Shown piece after piece: positions 1-6,706 of a stretch of 64,000 nt of DNA; position 1 is the first letter of the stretch; each line of letters starts with the position of its first letter. The notes beneath the pieces were generated by a model. The model worked only from the letters and a program-made list of their open reading frames with translations, was not told where the DNA came from and did not search any database. The stretch comes from a virus. The position numbers and the translations under genes were made by a program. The stretch lies in the IMG/VR virus record IMGVR_UViG_3300032293_000766, positions 1-64,000 of that record; one strand, written 5' to 3'.

Positions 1-45
1 AAGTTTAGTTGTCAAGTGCCAAAAAAGATTTTTTTCGATTTTCTC

Positions 46-123
46 TAAACCCTTATCAAATAAAGACTTGCGACAAATGCGGCCCGCCGCCCTCGCCCTA
101 AGTCTTTTAGGGTCAAGGACTTA
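46..123. repeat. Paired-palindrome element copy 1 (25+28+25 bp)
   Basis: TAAACCCTTATCAAATAAAGACTTG (46-70), 28-bp GC-rich linker, TAAGTCTTTTAGGGTCAAGGACTTA (99-123); same geometry as three other copies. Confidence 0.9.
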
Positions 124-126
124 TGT

Positions 127-831
127 TTAGTGTGCGGGAAACAATACGTTAGCCAAGCCCTTTACACACAAATCACACGTTACACTACCCTTAGTGGGGG
201 TGCATGTTACAACACCGCGACCGCGACGAATCTCTGGGCATGTTACAAATTTAGTACCATTTAGTACAACAAGCTTGGGCAGAGACTGTCTCCAAGCCTC
301 TGCCAGATTCTTACGCTTGGGACGCTTTTTAGCAATCTTCTGATCACTATCACACCACGCAAACAGTTTGAATCCCTTTGCGAGAGCTTCTCCCATGTCT
401 TCGTCATTGTGAATACTGGCATATACTTTCATATACTTATTAAGACTTACAAGCCTATCATCATAGATATGAGTATAAAACCACATGTCAGGCAGAGTTG
501 TACCATCGGCAATAATACTCTCACAAGCCCACGTTACATTTGCAACATAGTCTAGATCAAGTTCGCCATTGAGAAACCAATCACCACGCTCATGCCAGCG
601 GATAGACTTACTTTGACGAATGGCATCAAGAATCATAGCACGAATGCGATTCTTTTCAGTTATGATATTCTGCATACCGGCGGGGCGAACATTAGGATAC
701 ATTTTTTCGGTCTGCTCTGCATAACAGCCGTTACCCAAGAAATCACAATCGGGCGGGCATGTATCACCCACCGGACGCGACACTACCAAACAACCCTTAC
801 CCAACTTGTCATTACCGTTTGCAACTTTCAT
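127..831 (-). CDS. Cys-rich phage protein, Gp88-like (possible Fe-S/radical-SAM-like fold)
   Basis: 234 aa; TCPPDCDFLGNGCYA, IRWHERGDW, WFYTH, TCPE and CDLC motifs recall the phage Gp88 family; AGGAGAG RBS and promoter upstream. Confidence 0.6.
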   Translation of the reverse strand: MKVANGNDKLGKGCLVVSRPVGDTCPPDCDFLGNGCYAEQTEKMYPNVRPAGMQNIITEKNRIRAMILDAIRQSKSIRWHERGDWFLNGELDLDYVANVTWACESIIADGTTLPDMWFYTHIYDDRLVSLNKYMKVYASIHNDEDMGEALAKGFKLFAWCDSDQKIAKKRPKRKNLAEAWRQSLPKLVVLNGTKFVTCPEIRRGRGVVTCTPTKGSVTCDLCVKGLANVLFPAH

Positions 832-854
832 GATTCTCTCCTTTGGATACGCTT

Positions 855-882
855 ATTATACAGTATATATCGGCATCGTCAA
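855..882 (-). promoter_or_regulatory. sigma70-type promoter
   Basis: Minus strand TTGACG-N16-TATAAT with A-tracts upstream. Confidence 0.75.
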
Positions 883-913
883 GAGGAAAAATCAAGGAAA
901 AATAAAATTGTCA

Positions 914-991
914 TAAACCATTGTGGCATAAACACTTACGGCGAATTCGCCTCGCCCGCCTTGCCCTAAGTCTTTTAGGCACAAGGCTTTA
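914..991. repeat. Paired-palindrome element copy 2
   Basis: TAAACCATTGTGGCATAAACACTTA (914-938), 28-bp linker, TAAGTCTTTTAGGCACAAGGCTTTA (967-991). Confidence 0.9.
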
Positions 992-993
992 CG

Positions 994-1152
994 TCAAGCA
1001 AAGGTTGTTTCCATCTCTATATCCCCCAAAATGCCTACAACGTCAGCCCAATCGTAAAAGTCAGACTGAACATTTGGATCGTCAATAGGCTCAACCATAC
1101 GCTCATCACGCATTTCGGCAAGAATGGCATTGACATCATCAAAGTTGTACAT
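994..1152 (-). CDS. Small acidic hypothetical protein (52 aa, not in ORF track)
   Basis: Manual translation MYNFDDVNAILAEMRDERMVEPIDDPNVQSDFYDWADVVGILGDIEMETTFA*; AAGGTG RBS; stop 2 bp from the palindrome element. Confidence 0.65.
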   Translation of the reverse strand: MYNFDDVNAILAEMRDERMVEPIDDPNVQSDFYDWADVVGILGDIEMETTFA

Positions 1153-1164
1153 CTGTTCACCTTA

Positions 1165-1365
1165 TTAGGATTTGAGTTCTTCATATGACACGCGACGATT
1201 GACACTTCCATCTTCATTCAATTCATATACTGAACAATCGTACTCATAAAGAAAACGATTCTGGATATCCTTCAGCCAAGACGCTTTTGCTTGCTCAAAA
1301 GTCTGCATAGCTTCACGCCTGAGAAATCCATCATAAGCGATAACAAATCTTTTGTCCATTGTCAT
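1165..1365 (-). CDS. Hypothetical protein (~66 aa, MTMDKRFVIAY...)
   Basis: ORF track 1165..1404; start moved to the ATG at 1365, which lies downstream of the promoter at 1395-1422 and follows a purine-rich leader. Confidence 0.65.
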   Translation of the reverse strand: MTMDKRFVIAYDGFLRREAMQTFEQAKASWLKDIQNRFLYEYDCSVYELNEDGSVNRRVSYEELKS

Positions 1366-1378
1366 TCTTTCTTTCTTA

Positions 1379-1558
1379 TTAAGCCCTACGGGATAGTGTA
1401 GCATGGGAAACTATCTTGTCAAGCGTATACCATTCACCATCACCATAACGACCAGAGAGCAGAATCTTGATATTCTTGCCAATGATCTGCTGAACAGTAC
1501 CATAACCGTCAACAACTTGAACAACATCGCCAACCATAATCTTTTGCATCTTTTTCAT
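1379..1558 (-). CDS. Small hypothetical protein, possible SH3/KOW-like beta barrel (59 aa, not in ORF track)
   Basis: Manual translation MKKMQKIMVGDVVQVVDGYGTVQQIIGKNIKILLSGRYGDGEWYTLDKIVSHATLSRRA*; own promoter at 1580-1607. Confidence 0.6.
   Translation of the reverse strand: MKKMQKIMVGDVVQVVDGYGTVQQIIGKNIKILLSGRYGDGEWYTLDKIVSHATLSRRA
1395..1422 (-). promoter_or_regulatory. sigma70-type promoter
   Basis: TTGACA-N16-TACACT with TG extension. Confidence 0.6.
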
Positions 1559-1579
1559 CTTTCGCTTTCTTGTGCTTGT

Positions 1580-1607
1580 ATTATATCGATTAGCAGATTG
1601 CTGTCAA
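1580..1607 (-). promoter_or_regulatory. sigma70-type promoter
   Basis: Perfect TTGACA-N16-TATAAT. Confidence 0.8.
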
Positions 1608-1612
1608 CCCCC

Positions 1613-1837
1613 TCATGCGAGGGTGGGATTGGAGCGATAATACTTTGCCCACAATTCATCCATCACGAACTGGACAATGCGATCATGCGAACCACGACAA
1701 ACGTAGTAGCCCATATGAATGTCGAACAGGGCAAACGTCCCATCCTCTTTTGGGTGATAGGTGAATCCACACTTGTAGGCATAGGCGTTGATTTTACCCT
1801 TGACAGTTGCAATCTTAGGAGGCTTTCTCATTTTCAT
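1613..1837 (-). CDS. Hypothetical protein (74 aa)
   Basis: ORF track; AAGGAA RBS; promoter directly upstream. Confidence 0.7.
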   Translation of the reverse strand: MKMRKPPKIATVKGKINAYAYKCGFTYHPKEDGTFALFDIHMGYYVCRGSHDRIVQFVMDELWAKYYRSNPTLA

Positions 1838-1865
1838 TTCCTTTTCTCTTACTTGTTATATCGAC

Positions 1866-1893
1866 ATTATACAGAGTATTCTTGAACTTGCAA
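1866..1893 (-). promoter_or_regulatory. sigma70-type promoter
   Basis: TTGCAA-N16-TATAAT followed by GTCGATATAA, matching the promoter at 2979-3006. Confidence 0.7.
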
Positions 1894-1937
1894 GCGAAAA
1901 GTTTCCTTACAATTCCGTAAGGTTCGCATAGAGAGTT

Positions 1938-1953
1938 TGGCACGATATTTGCT
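1938..1953 (+). promoter_or_regulatory. sigma54 (-24/-12) consensus site
   Basis: TGGCACG-ATAT-TTGCT matches TGGCACG-N4-TTGCW exactly. Confidence 0.65.
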
Positions 1954-1979
1954 AGTGTGTAGAATATGAGCATTGAACG

Positions 1980-2057
1980 TAAGTCATTGGTACATAAACA
2001 CTTACATCAAACGCGGCAGGCCACTTTCGTCATAAGTCTTTATGTGGCAAGACTTTA
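1980..2057. repeat. Paired-palindrome element copy 3
   Basis: TAAGTCATTGGTACATAAACACTTA (1980-2004), 28-bp linker, TAAGTCTTTATGTGGCAAGACTTTA (2033-2057). Confidence 0.9.
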
Positions 2058-2078
2058 CGACGATTGTGTGCATTGTAT

Positions 2079-2150
2079 TCAATCTCTGACAATTGTACAG
2101 GTGTACAACATTCCACACCAGCAAACTGCAAATAGTAATGCGCCTATCAT
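2079..2150 (-). CDS. Putative 23-aa hydrophobic micropeptide
   Basis: MIGALLFAVCWCGMLYTCTIVRD*; AAGGAG RBS overlapping the end of the upstream gene. Confidence 0.4.
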   Translation of the reverse strand: MIGALLFAVCWCGMLYTCTIVRD

Positions 2151-2155
2151 TGTTA

Positions 2156-2476
2156 TTACTCCTTAAATGAAAAGGGGCTAATTTCTATACGCTGTACAAC
2201 ACTATACTGCTTGGCTAATTCTTCAACACGTTCACGCGATCCCGGCTTACCTACTGGAACGATCATAGTATCGTCACCACCAGAGTATCGCGGGTCAATC
2301 TTTTCTTTTGTTACCTTACCAAGATTCTTCAAGGCTTTACGATTGAACTTGAGTACCTTTTCCACTTGAATCATCTCACCATCAATACTCTTTACCTCTG
2401 TTGGGATTGCCATTCCAAGGAAACACATACGTGCTTGACGCTTGGCATTTTCGATGATGGGGAATTTGGTAGCCAT
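2156..2476 (-). CDS. Hypothetical protein (106 aa)
   Basis: ORF track; GAGGA RBS; promoter at 2517-2545. Confidence 0.75.
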   Translation of the reverse strand: MATKFPIIENAKRQARMCFLGMAIPTEVKSIDGEMIQVEKVLKFNRKALKNLGKVTKEKIDPRYSGGDDTMIVPVGKPGSRERVEELAKQYSVVQRIEISPFSFKE

Positions 2477-2516
2477 TGTTTTCTATCCTCTTGGGTTATC
2501 GTTCTCTTGTGCGTGT

Positions 2517-2545
2517 ATTCTATCAAACTTCTTTTGCTGTGTCAA
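2517..2545 (-). promoter_or_regulatory. sigma70-type promoter
   Basis: TTGACA-N17-TAGAAT with TG extension. Confidence 0.75.
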
Positions 2546-2662
2546 TCACATTTCATCGAACATATCTTGAACAGCGTTACCCACTTCGTGAGCAGTGTAG
2601 GACATGAAACCAGCAAACGTAATAAGGGCAAACAGTTGGGCGTATTCGATAACCGTAATCAT
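2546..2662 (-). CDS. 38-aa membrane microprotein resembling a mature Flp pilin (not in ORF track)
   Basis: MITVIEYAQLFALITFAGFMSYTAHEVGNAVQDMFDEM*; own promoter at 2688-2715. Confidence 0.55.
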   Translation of the reverse strand: MITVIEYAQLFALITFAGFMSYTAHEVGNAVQDMFDEM

Positions 2663-2687
2663 TAGAGTCTCTCTTTCTTGTGTGTTT

Positions 2688-2715
2688 ATTCTAGCAAATT
2701 TTTTCTTCGTGTCAA
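2688..2715 (-). promoter_or_regulatory. sigma70-type promoter
   Basis: TTGACA-N16-TAGAAT with TG extension. Confidence 0.75.
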
Positions 2716-2724
2716 CCCCCTCTA

Positions 2725-2943
2725 TTAGAGGGTCATCAATCCCTTGAAGTGTGAGAAGGTCAGCGTAAGCTTTTGACCAGCGTACTTATGATCGATATAC
2801 GCTTGTGCAGAGCTTTTCCGATTATCGGTAGCCCCGACATACTGTACAACCGTACCATGCTGATCGATTACCTTCCAGACTTTCTTCTGTGTAATCTTGG
2901 GGAGGCTGTTGATGAAACTGTTGACTGAGGTTGCTTTTTCCAT
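2725..2943 (-). CDS. Hypothetical protein (72 aa)
   Basis: ORF track; purine-rich leader; promoter upstream. Confidence 0.7.
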   Translation of the reverse strand: MEKATSVNSFINSLPKITQKKVWKVIDQHGTVVQYVGATDNRKSSAQAYIDHKYAGQKLTLTFSHFKGLMTL

Positions 2944-2978
2944 TTTCTCTTCTCTTCTTTCTTACTTCTTATATCGAC

Positions 2979-3006
2979 ATTATAGCAAACATTCTTTAGC
3001 TTGCAA
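2979..3006 (-). promoter_or_regulatory. sigma70-type promoter
   Basis: TTGCAA-N16-TATAAT with TG extension, followed by GTCGATATAA. Confidence 0.7.
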
Positions 3007-3071
3007 GAGAAAAATCCAAATAATATTGTCAAGAGATTTTGACAAAACTTTCTTTCTCTTTTCCCTATACT

Positions 3072-3105
3072 TGGCACACCGTTTGCTATAGCAAGACCTA
3101 TGCCA
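3072..3105. promoter_or_regulatory. Two face-to-face sigma54 consensus sites
   Basis: Plus strand TGGCACA-CCGT-TTGCT (3072-3087); minus strand TGGCATA-GGTC-TTGCT (3105-3090). Confidence 0.6.
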
Positions 3106-3118
3106 GACCCTTTTTACG

Positions 3119-3196
3119 TAAATCATTGATATATAAAGACTTACATCAAGTTCGGCACTGACCGTAGCACCTAACTCCTTATGTACTAACGACTTA
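3119..3196. repeat. Paired-palindrome element copy 4
   Basis: TAAATCATTGATATATAAAGACTTA (3119-3143), 28-bp linker, TAACTCCTTATGTACTAACGACTTA (3172-3196). Confidence 0.9.
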
Positions 3197-3363
3197 TGAC
3201 TCGTATGTTAAGATAGGTAGGTGGGGGGTTTTATCTTCAATAGATAAATTGGGCTGACCATGCCTTTGGGCCGGGGTAGTTCATTCACGATTCAAAATTA
3301 TTAATTTTATGTATTACCCAATCCTCCCTCATCGCCCCCAAGCGCAACAAAAGACACTAAACA

Positions 3364-3373
3364 GTGTATAATA
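3364..3373 (+). promoter_or_regulatory. Putative phage late promoter motif GTGTATAATA
   Basis: GTGTAT(A/T) recurs before eight rightward gene blocks. Confidence 0.55.
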
Positions 3374-3390
3374 CGGTAAGGAGAAATAAT

Positions 3391-3564
3391 ATGAATGAAC
3401 CCAAATTAGTTGAATCGCAATTACACTGTCGCGCCAATGCAAGTCTAAACACTTCTATTATTGAAGATTTAGAGAAAGAGGATCGCCCACTAGAATCTTT
3501 ATTACTGGATGAAGGGAAAAAGGATGAATCGTCAACAACTTCCACTAAACAATTGCCTAGCTAA
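3391..3564 (+). CDS. Small acidic hypothetical protein (~57 aa)
   Basis: AAGGAG RBS 7 bp before the ATG at 3391. Confidence 0.55.
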   Translation: MNEPKLVESQLHCRANASLNTSIIEDLEKEDRPLESLLLDEGKKDESSTTSTKQLPS

Positions 3565-4147
3565 ATACGTAATTAACTCTAGCAACCTACTTGAATTAAC
3601 AAATGAGCAACTAGACCCCAATGTAGCAAAGACTCTTGAACTAATCGATTATGAGTCCTACTATATATATTCATTAGTTAAGCTAACGCCCCCCAACGCC
3701 ATCTCTATAGGTGAGCGCGGTATAGGTAAGTTTAAGAAAATACTAGACAAGACATACCTAGTACGTTTACGCCCCATCACACTATTCTACAACGGTGAAC
3801 TCAAGCAGGCTAACGTATATACCAAACCCACTAATATGGTATGCGTAGACAAGGAAGTTATCTCCCTATCCGTAGATCCGCCCCTCTCACTTGATGAGTT
3901 CTTCGCATTTCCATATAGTGTTGTTTATTCTAATGAGTCTGGCCTAGTTGACGCCGTTACTTTAGATGATAATTGTGTCTTAGGAAGAATTGGTTCAAGT
4001 GTAAAATCATTAAATATTAATGACTTATTCAAGGCTACTTCTTATGATTCCTGTAAAGATGCGCCAAAGACTAAGGGGCTTATTATATATGATAATGCCG
4101 ATGACTGTTTAAAATATTACAGCGGTAAAGGATGGCGTAAAATATGA
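3509..4147 (+). CDS. Hypothetical protein (C-terminus resembles fibre-protein motifs)
   Basis: 212 aa (alternative start 3524); ends GLIIYDNADDCLKYYSGKGW; ATGA overlap with next gene. Confidence 0.65.
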   Translation: MKGKRMNRQQLPLNNCLAKYVINSSNLLELTNEQLDPNVAKTLELIDYESYYIYSLVKLTPPNAISIGERGIGKFKKILDKTYLVRLRPITLFYNGELKQANVYTKPTNMVCVDKEVISLSVDPPLSLDEFFAFPYSVVYSNESGLVDAVTLDDNCVLGRIGSSVKSLNINDLFKATSYDSCKDAPKTKGLIIYDNADDCLKYYSGKGWRKI

Positions 4148-4632
4148 AAATACCGTCAAACATGACAGAAGAAGAACTGGTTGCACAAATCAATAAAGTA
4201 ATAGATAGAATATCCCCCAAGTATACATTTTACGGTTATGACATAAACGATATTAAGCAAGAGTCTTTTATTATTTGCTTAGATGCACTAGATCGCTACG
4301 ATGAAACGCGCCCCCTTGAAAACTTCTTATCTGTCCACCTGTCAAATAGATTAAAAAACTTTGTACGCGACAACTACTCTTTTAGTAATAATTATGAAAA
4401 AAGAAGAGTCTGTTCCCCTATGCAATTATCTTATGAAGAAAATGTAGAAAATAACGAAACTACTCACAGCGTTGATTTTAAAGATATGGATGAATTAATC
4501 TCTGATCGCTTGCCAGCGCGCTATCGCTCAGATTACCTTAAGTTTATTAACAACGTTGCTATGACCAAGGCTAAAAGGGAAAAAATAGTCGCTCTAATAA
4601 AGGAAATAATGGAGGATATAAATAATGCGTAA
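4144..4632 (+). CDS. Phage sigma70-family (region 2) factor, candidate late sigma
   Basis: DIKQESFIICLDALDRYDETRPLENFLSVHLSNRLKNFVR matches the sigma region 2 pattern (D..QE.......a..rfD......f.ty.....N...d..R). Confidence 0.7.
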   Translation: MKIPSNMTEEELVAQINKVIDRISPKYTFYGYDINDIKQESFIICLDALDRYDETRPLENFLSVHLSNRLKNFVRDNYSFSNNYEKRRVCSPMQLSYEENVENNETTHSVDFKDMDELISDRLPARYRSDYLKFINNVAMTKAKREKIVALIKEIMEDINNA

Positions 4633-5410
4633 GGGGCGTATTTCTAAAGAAGAAGAGCGTATTATTTCGCGCCTAATTAATACTATGGTGCCAGAAGATA
4701 TAGCTAAAGAGCTAGATCGTGATGTGGAATCTATAGATCAGTTTATTAAGCGAAAATTTAGACACAATTTATCACCAGAAGAAGAGGCCACTTACTCACT
4801 AGAAGATCGCCCCTATTGGGGTGAATTAGCTTCACAATTTACTGAGGAAGAATTAGAGTTGTTTAAATACCACTGGGGTAGAATCATATCACAGTTTAAT
4901 GATGACGTTTTCCCAACAGAAGAGTTGCAAGTAATAGACGTTATAAAATTAGAGATATTAATGAATAGGTGCCTTAGAAGTAATAAGGATAATATAGTAC
5001 AGATAAACGTTTACGATAAAATGATTGCGACTGAACGCGAGCGCGAAAAAGATCAACAAGACATGGACTATATATTCAACCTAGAAAGACAGTCTGCTTC
5101 TCTACGAGCTTCTCAGGAAGCTCTAAATAAAGACTATCGTGAACTACAAACAAAGAAGGCCGCTATACTTCGTGAAATGAAGGGTACACGCGAACAGAGA
5201 ATAAAGCGATTGGAGGACTCTAAGCAAAGTTTTACTAGCTGGGTAGCTATGCTAATCGATAATCCAGACAAAATGAAACAATATGGAATTGAGATGGAGA
5301 AAATGCGCCTTGCTACAGAAAAGGAGAAGGAACGCCTTTCTTCTTATCATACCTACGCAGATAATACAGTAGATCAACCATTTCTTACACCGGATACAAT
5401 TAAGGACTAA
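4625..5410 (+). CDS. Coiled-coil protein with N-terminal HTH-like segment; possible terminase small subunit
   Basis: 261 aa; PEDIAKELDRDVESI HTH-like; long charged helices; upstream of terminase large subunit (function inferred from position only). Confidence 0.4.
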   Translation: MRKGRISKEEERIISRLINTMVPEDIAKELDRDVESIDQFIKRKFRHNLSPEEEATYSLEDRPYWGELASQFTEEELELFKYHWGRIISQFNDDVFPTEELQVIDVIKLEILMNRCLRSNKDNIVQINVYDKMIATEREREKDQQDMDYIFNLERQSASLRASQEALNKDYRELQTKKAAILREMKGTREQRIKRLEDSKQSFTSWVAMLIDNPDKMKQYGIEMEKMRLATEKEKERLSSYHTYADNTVDQPFLTPDTIKD

Positions 5411-5412
5411 TT

Positions 5413-6465
5413 ATGAAAAAGGCTATTATATTTGGAATCACTGGACAGGACGGCAGTCACCTAGCAGACCTATTATTAGAGAAAGATTATAGTGTCATTG
5501 GTGTAACTCGTCGCTGTAGTGTGGATAATACCCAAAGATTAAAACATCTGTCTGATTGTGATAGCTTCAATTTGATCGAAGGGGATATAACAGATGTAAG
5601 TAGTGTAATTAATATTTTTAAGAATAACGAAGATGTAGATGAGGTCTATAATCTAGCCGCACAATCGCATGTTGCAACCTCGTTTAGCCAACCAGCATTA
5701 ACATGGGACATAACCGGCAAAGGCTGCTTAAATGTACTCCAAGCTATTGTGGATACAGGTAATAATTGCAAATTTTACCAAGCCTCATCTAGTGAAATGT
5801 TTGGTAGTTCATTTGATCTAGATAAAGATGGAAGTAAATATCAAGACGAAAATACTAAATTTATGCCCAACTCACCATACGCTATATCAAAATGCGCGGC
5901 ACATTATTTAGTTAGATTGTATCGTGATGCTTACAATGTGCATGGTAGCTGTGGAATATTATTCAATCACGAAGGCCCGCGAAGAGGCGATAATTTCGTA
6001 ACCCAAAAAATAGTCAAATGGACTGTGAGTTTTAAGAAATGGCTAAATTCTATTAATCATTCATCAAATAATGTGTTTGTTAATAACCATAATATTATTG
6101 TCGGTGACAGCGTATTTCCAAAATTAAAGCTTGGAAATATAGATACATATAGAGATTGGGGATATGCTGGAGATTATGTTGAAGCTATGTGGCTTATGCT
6201 ACAGCAAGAAATACCAGACGATTATGTGATTTGCACTGGCAACTCACACACTGTTTGGGAATTTCTAGATCTTTGTTTTAAGTATACTAATTTAGATAGC
6301 ATTATAGATTGGAAAGATGCTATGTATATTGATCCGCAGTTAGTTAGACCCTCAGAAGTCCCATACTTACGCGGTGATTGTTCAAAAGCAAAAAGTGTTC
6401 TAGGTTGGAGTCCAAAGCATGATCTATACGGATTGGTGAAACTGATGATAGATGCAAAACTATAG
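5413..6465 (+). CDS. gmd: GDP-mannose 4,6-dehydratase
   Basis: GITGQDGS NAD-binding motif, YNLAAQSHV, YQASSSEMFG, SPYAISK (YxxxK), GILFNHE, RDWGYAGDYVEAMWLMLQQ. Confidence 0.95.
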   Translation: MKKAIIFGITGQDGSHLADLLLEKDYSVIGVTRRCSVDNTQRLKHLSDCDSFNLIEGDITDVSSVINIFKNNEDVDEVYNLAAQSHVATSFSQPALTWDITGKGCLNVLQAIVDTGNNCKFYQASSSEMFGSSFDLDKDGSKYQDENTKFMPNSPYAISKCAAHYLVRLYRDAYNVHGSCGILFNHEGPRRGDNFVTQKIVKWTVSFKKWLNSINHSSNNVFVNNHNIIVGDSVFPKLKLGNIDTYRDWGYAGDYVEAMWLMLQQEIPDDYVICTGNSHTVWEFLDLCFKYTNLDSIIDWKDAMYIDPQLVRPSEVPYLRGDCSKAKSVLGWSPKHDLYGLVKLMIDAKL

Positions 6466-6706
6466 ACTAACAATAGATCTTTCTGATGTATATCAAGAGC
6501 TAGTATCGTACTCTGTACATTTAATAGGATACACTATACCATTTTCTCTAGTTTTCATAGAAGCAGATAATTATGACGATGCGTGTTTTGTCGTAGTGGA
6601 TCGATTAATAAAGTACGTCTTAAAAAAAGATAAGTCCATAAAAAGTAGAATACTTTGTAGAAAAATCAAAAAATTTATTAGAATCACTAAAGTAGAAAAA
6701 CTATGA
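6452..6706 (+). CDS. Hypothetical protein (84 aa)
   Basis: Overlaps both neighbours in operon-like fashion. Confidence 0.6.
   Translation: MQNYRLTIDLSDVYQELVSYSVHLIGYTIPFSLVFIEADNYDDACFVVVDRLIKYVLKKDKSIKSRILCRKIKKFIRITKVEKL

Noticed and set aside
592-3091. Plus-strand ORFs 592-969, 1403-1885, 1966-2166, 2366-2665, 2897-3091 and minus ORFs 1035-1217, 2868-3077
   Set aside because: They are antisense or off-frame shadows of better supported minus-strand genes, run through promoters or repeat elements, and lack an RBS.
46-3196. Palindrome elements as canonical integron attC sites, XerCD dif sites or a CRISPR array
   Set aside because: They lack consistent RYYYAAC/GTTRRRY ends and the dif consensus, the cores differ between copies, the copies are ~1 kb apart with genes between them, and no integrase or cas gene is in the window.
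46-3196. Palindrome elements as intrinsic terminators
   Set aside because: The stems are AT-rich and imperfect with no consistent U-tract, and a terminator would not explain the fixed 28-bp spacing.
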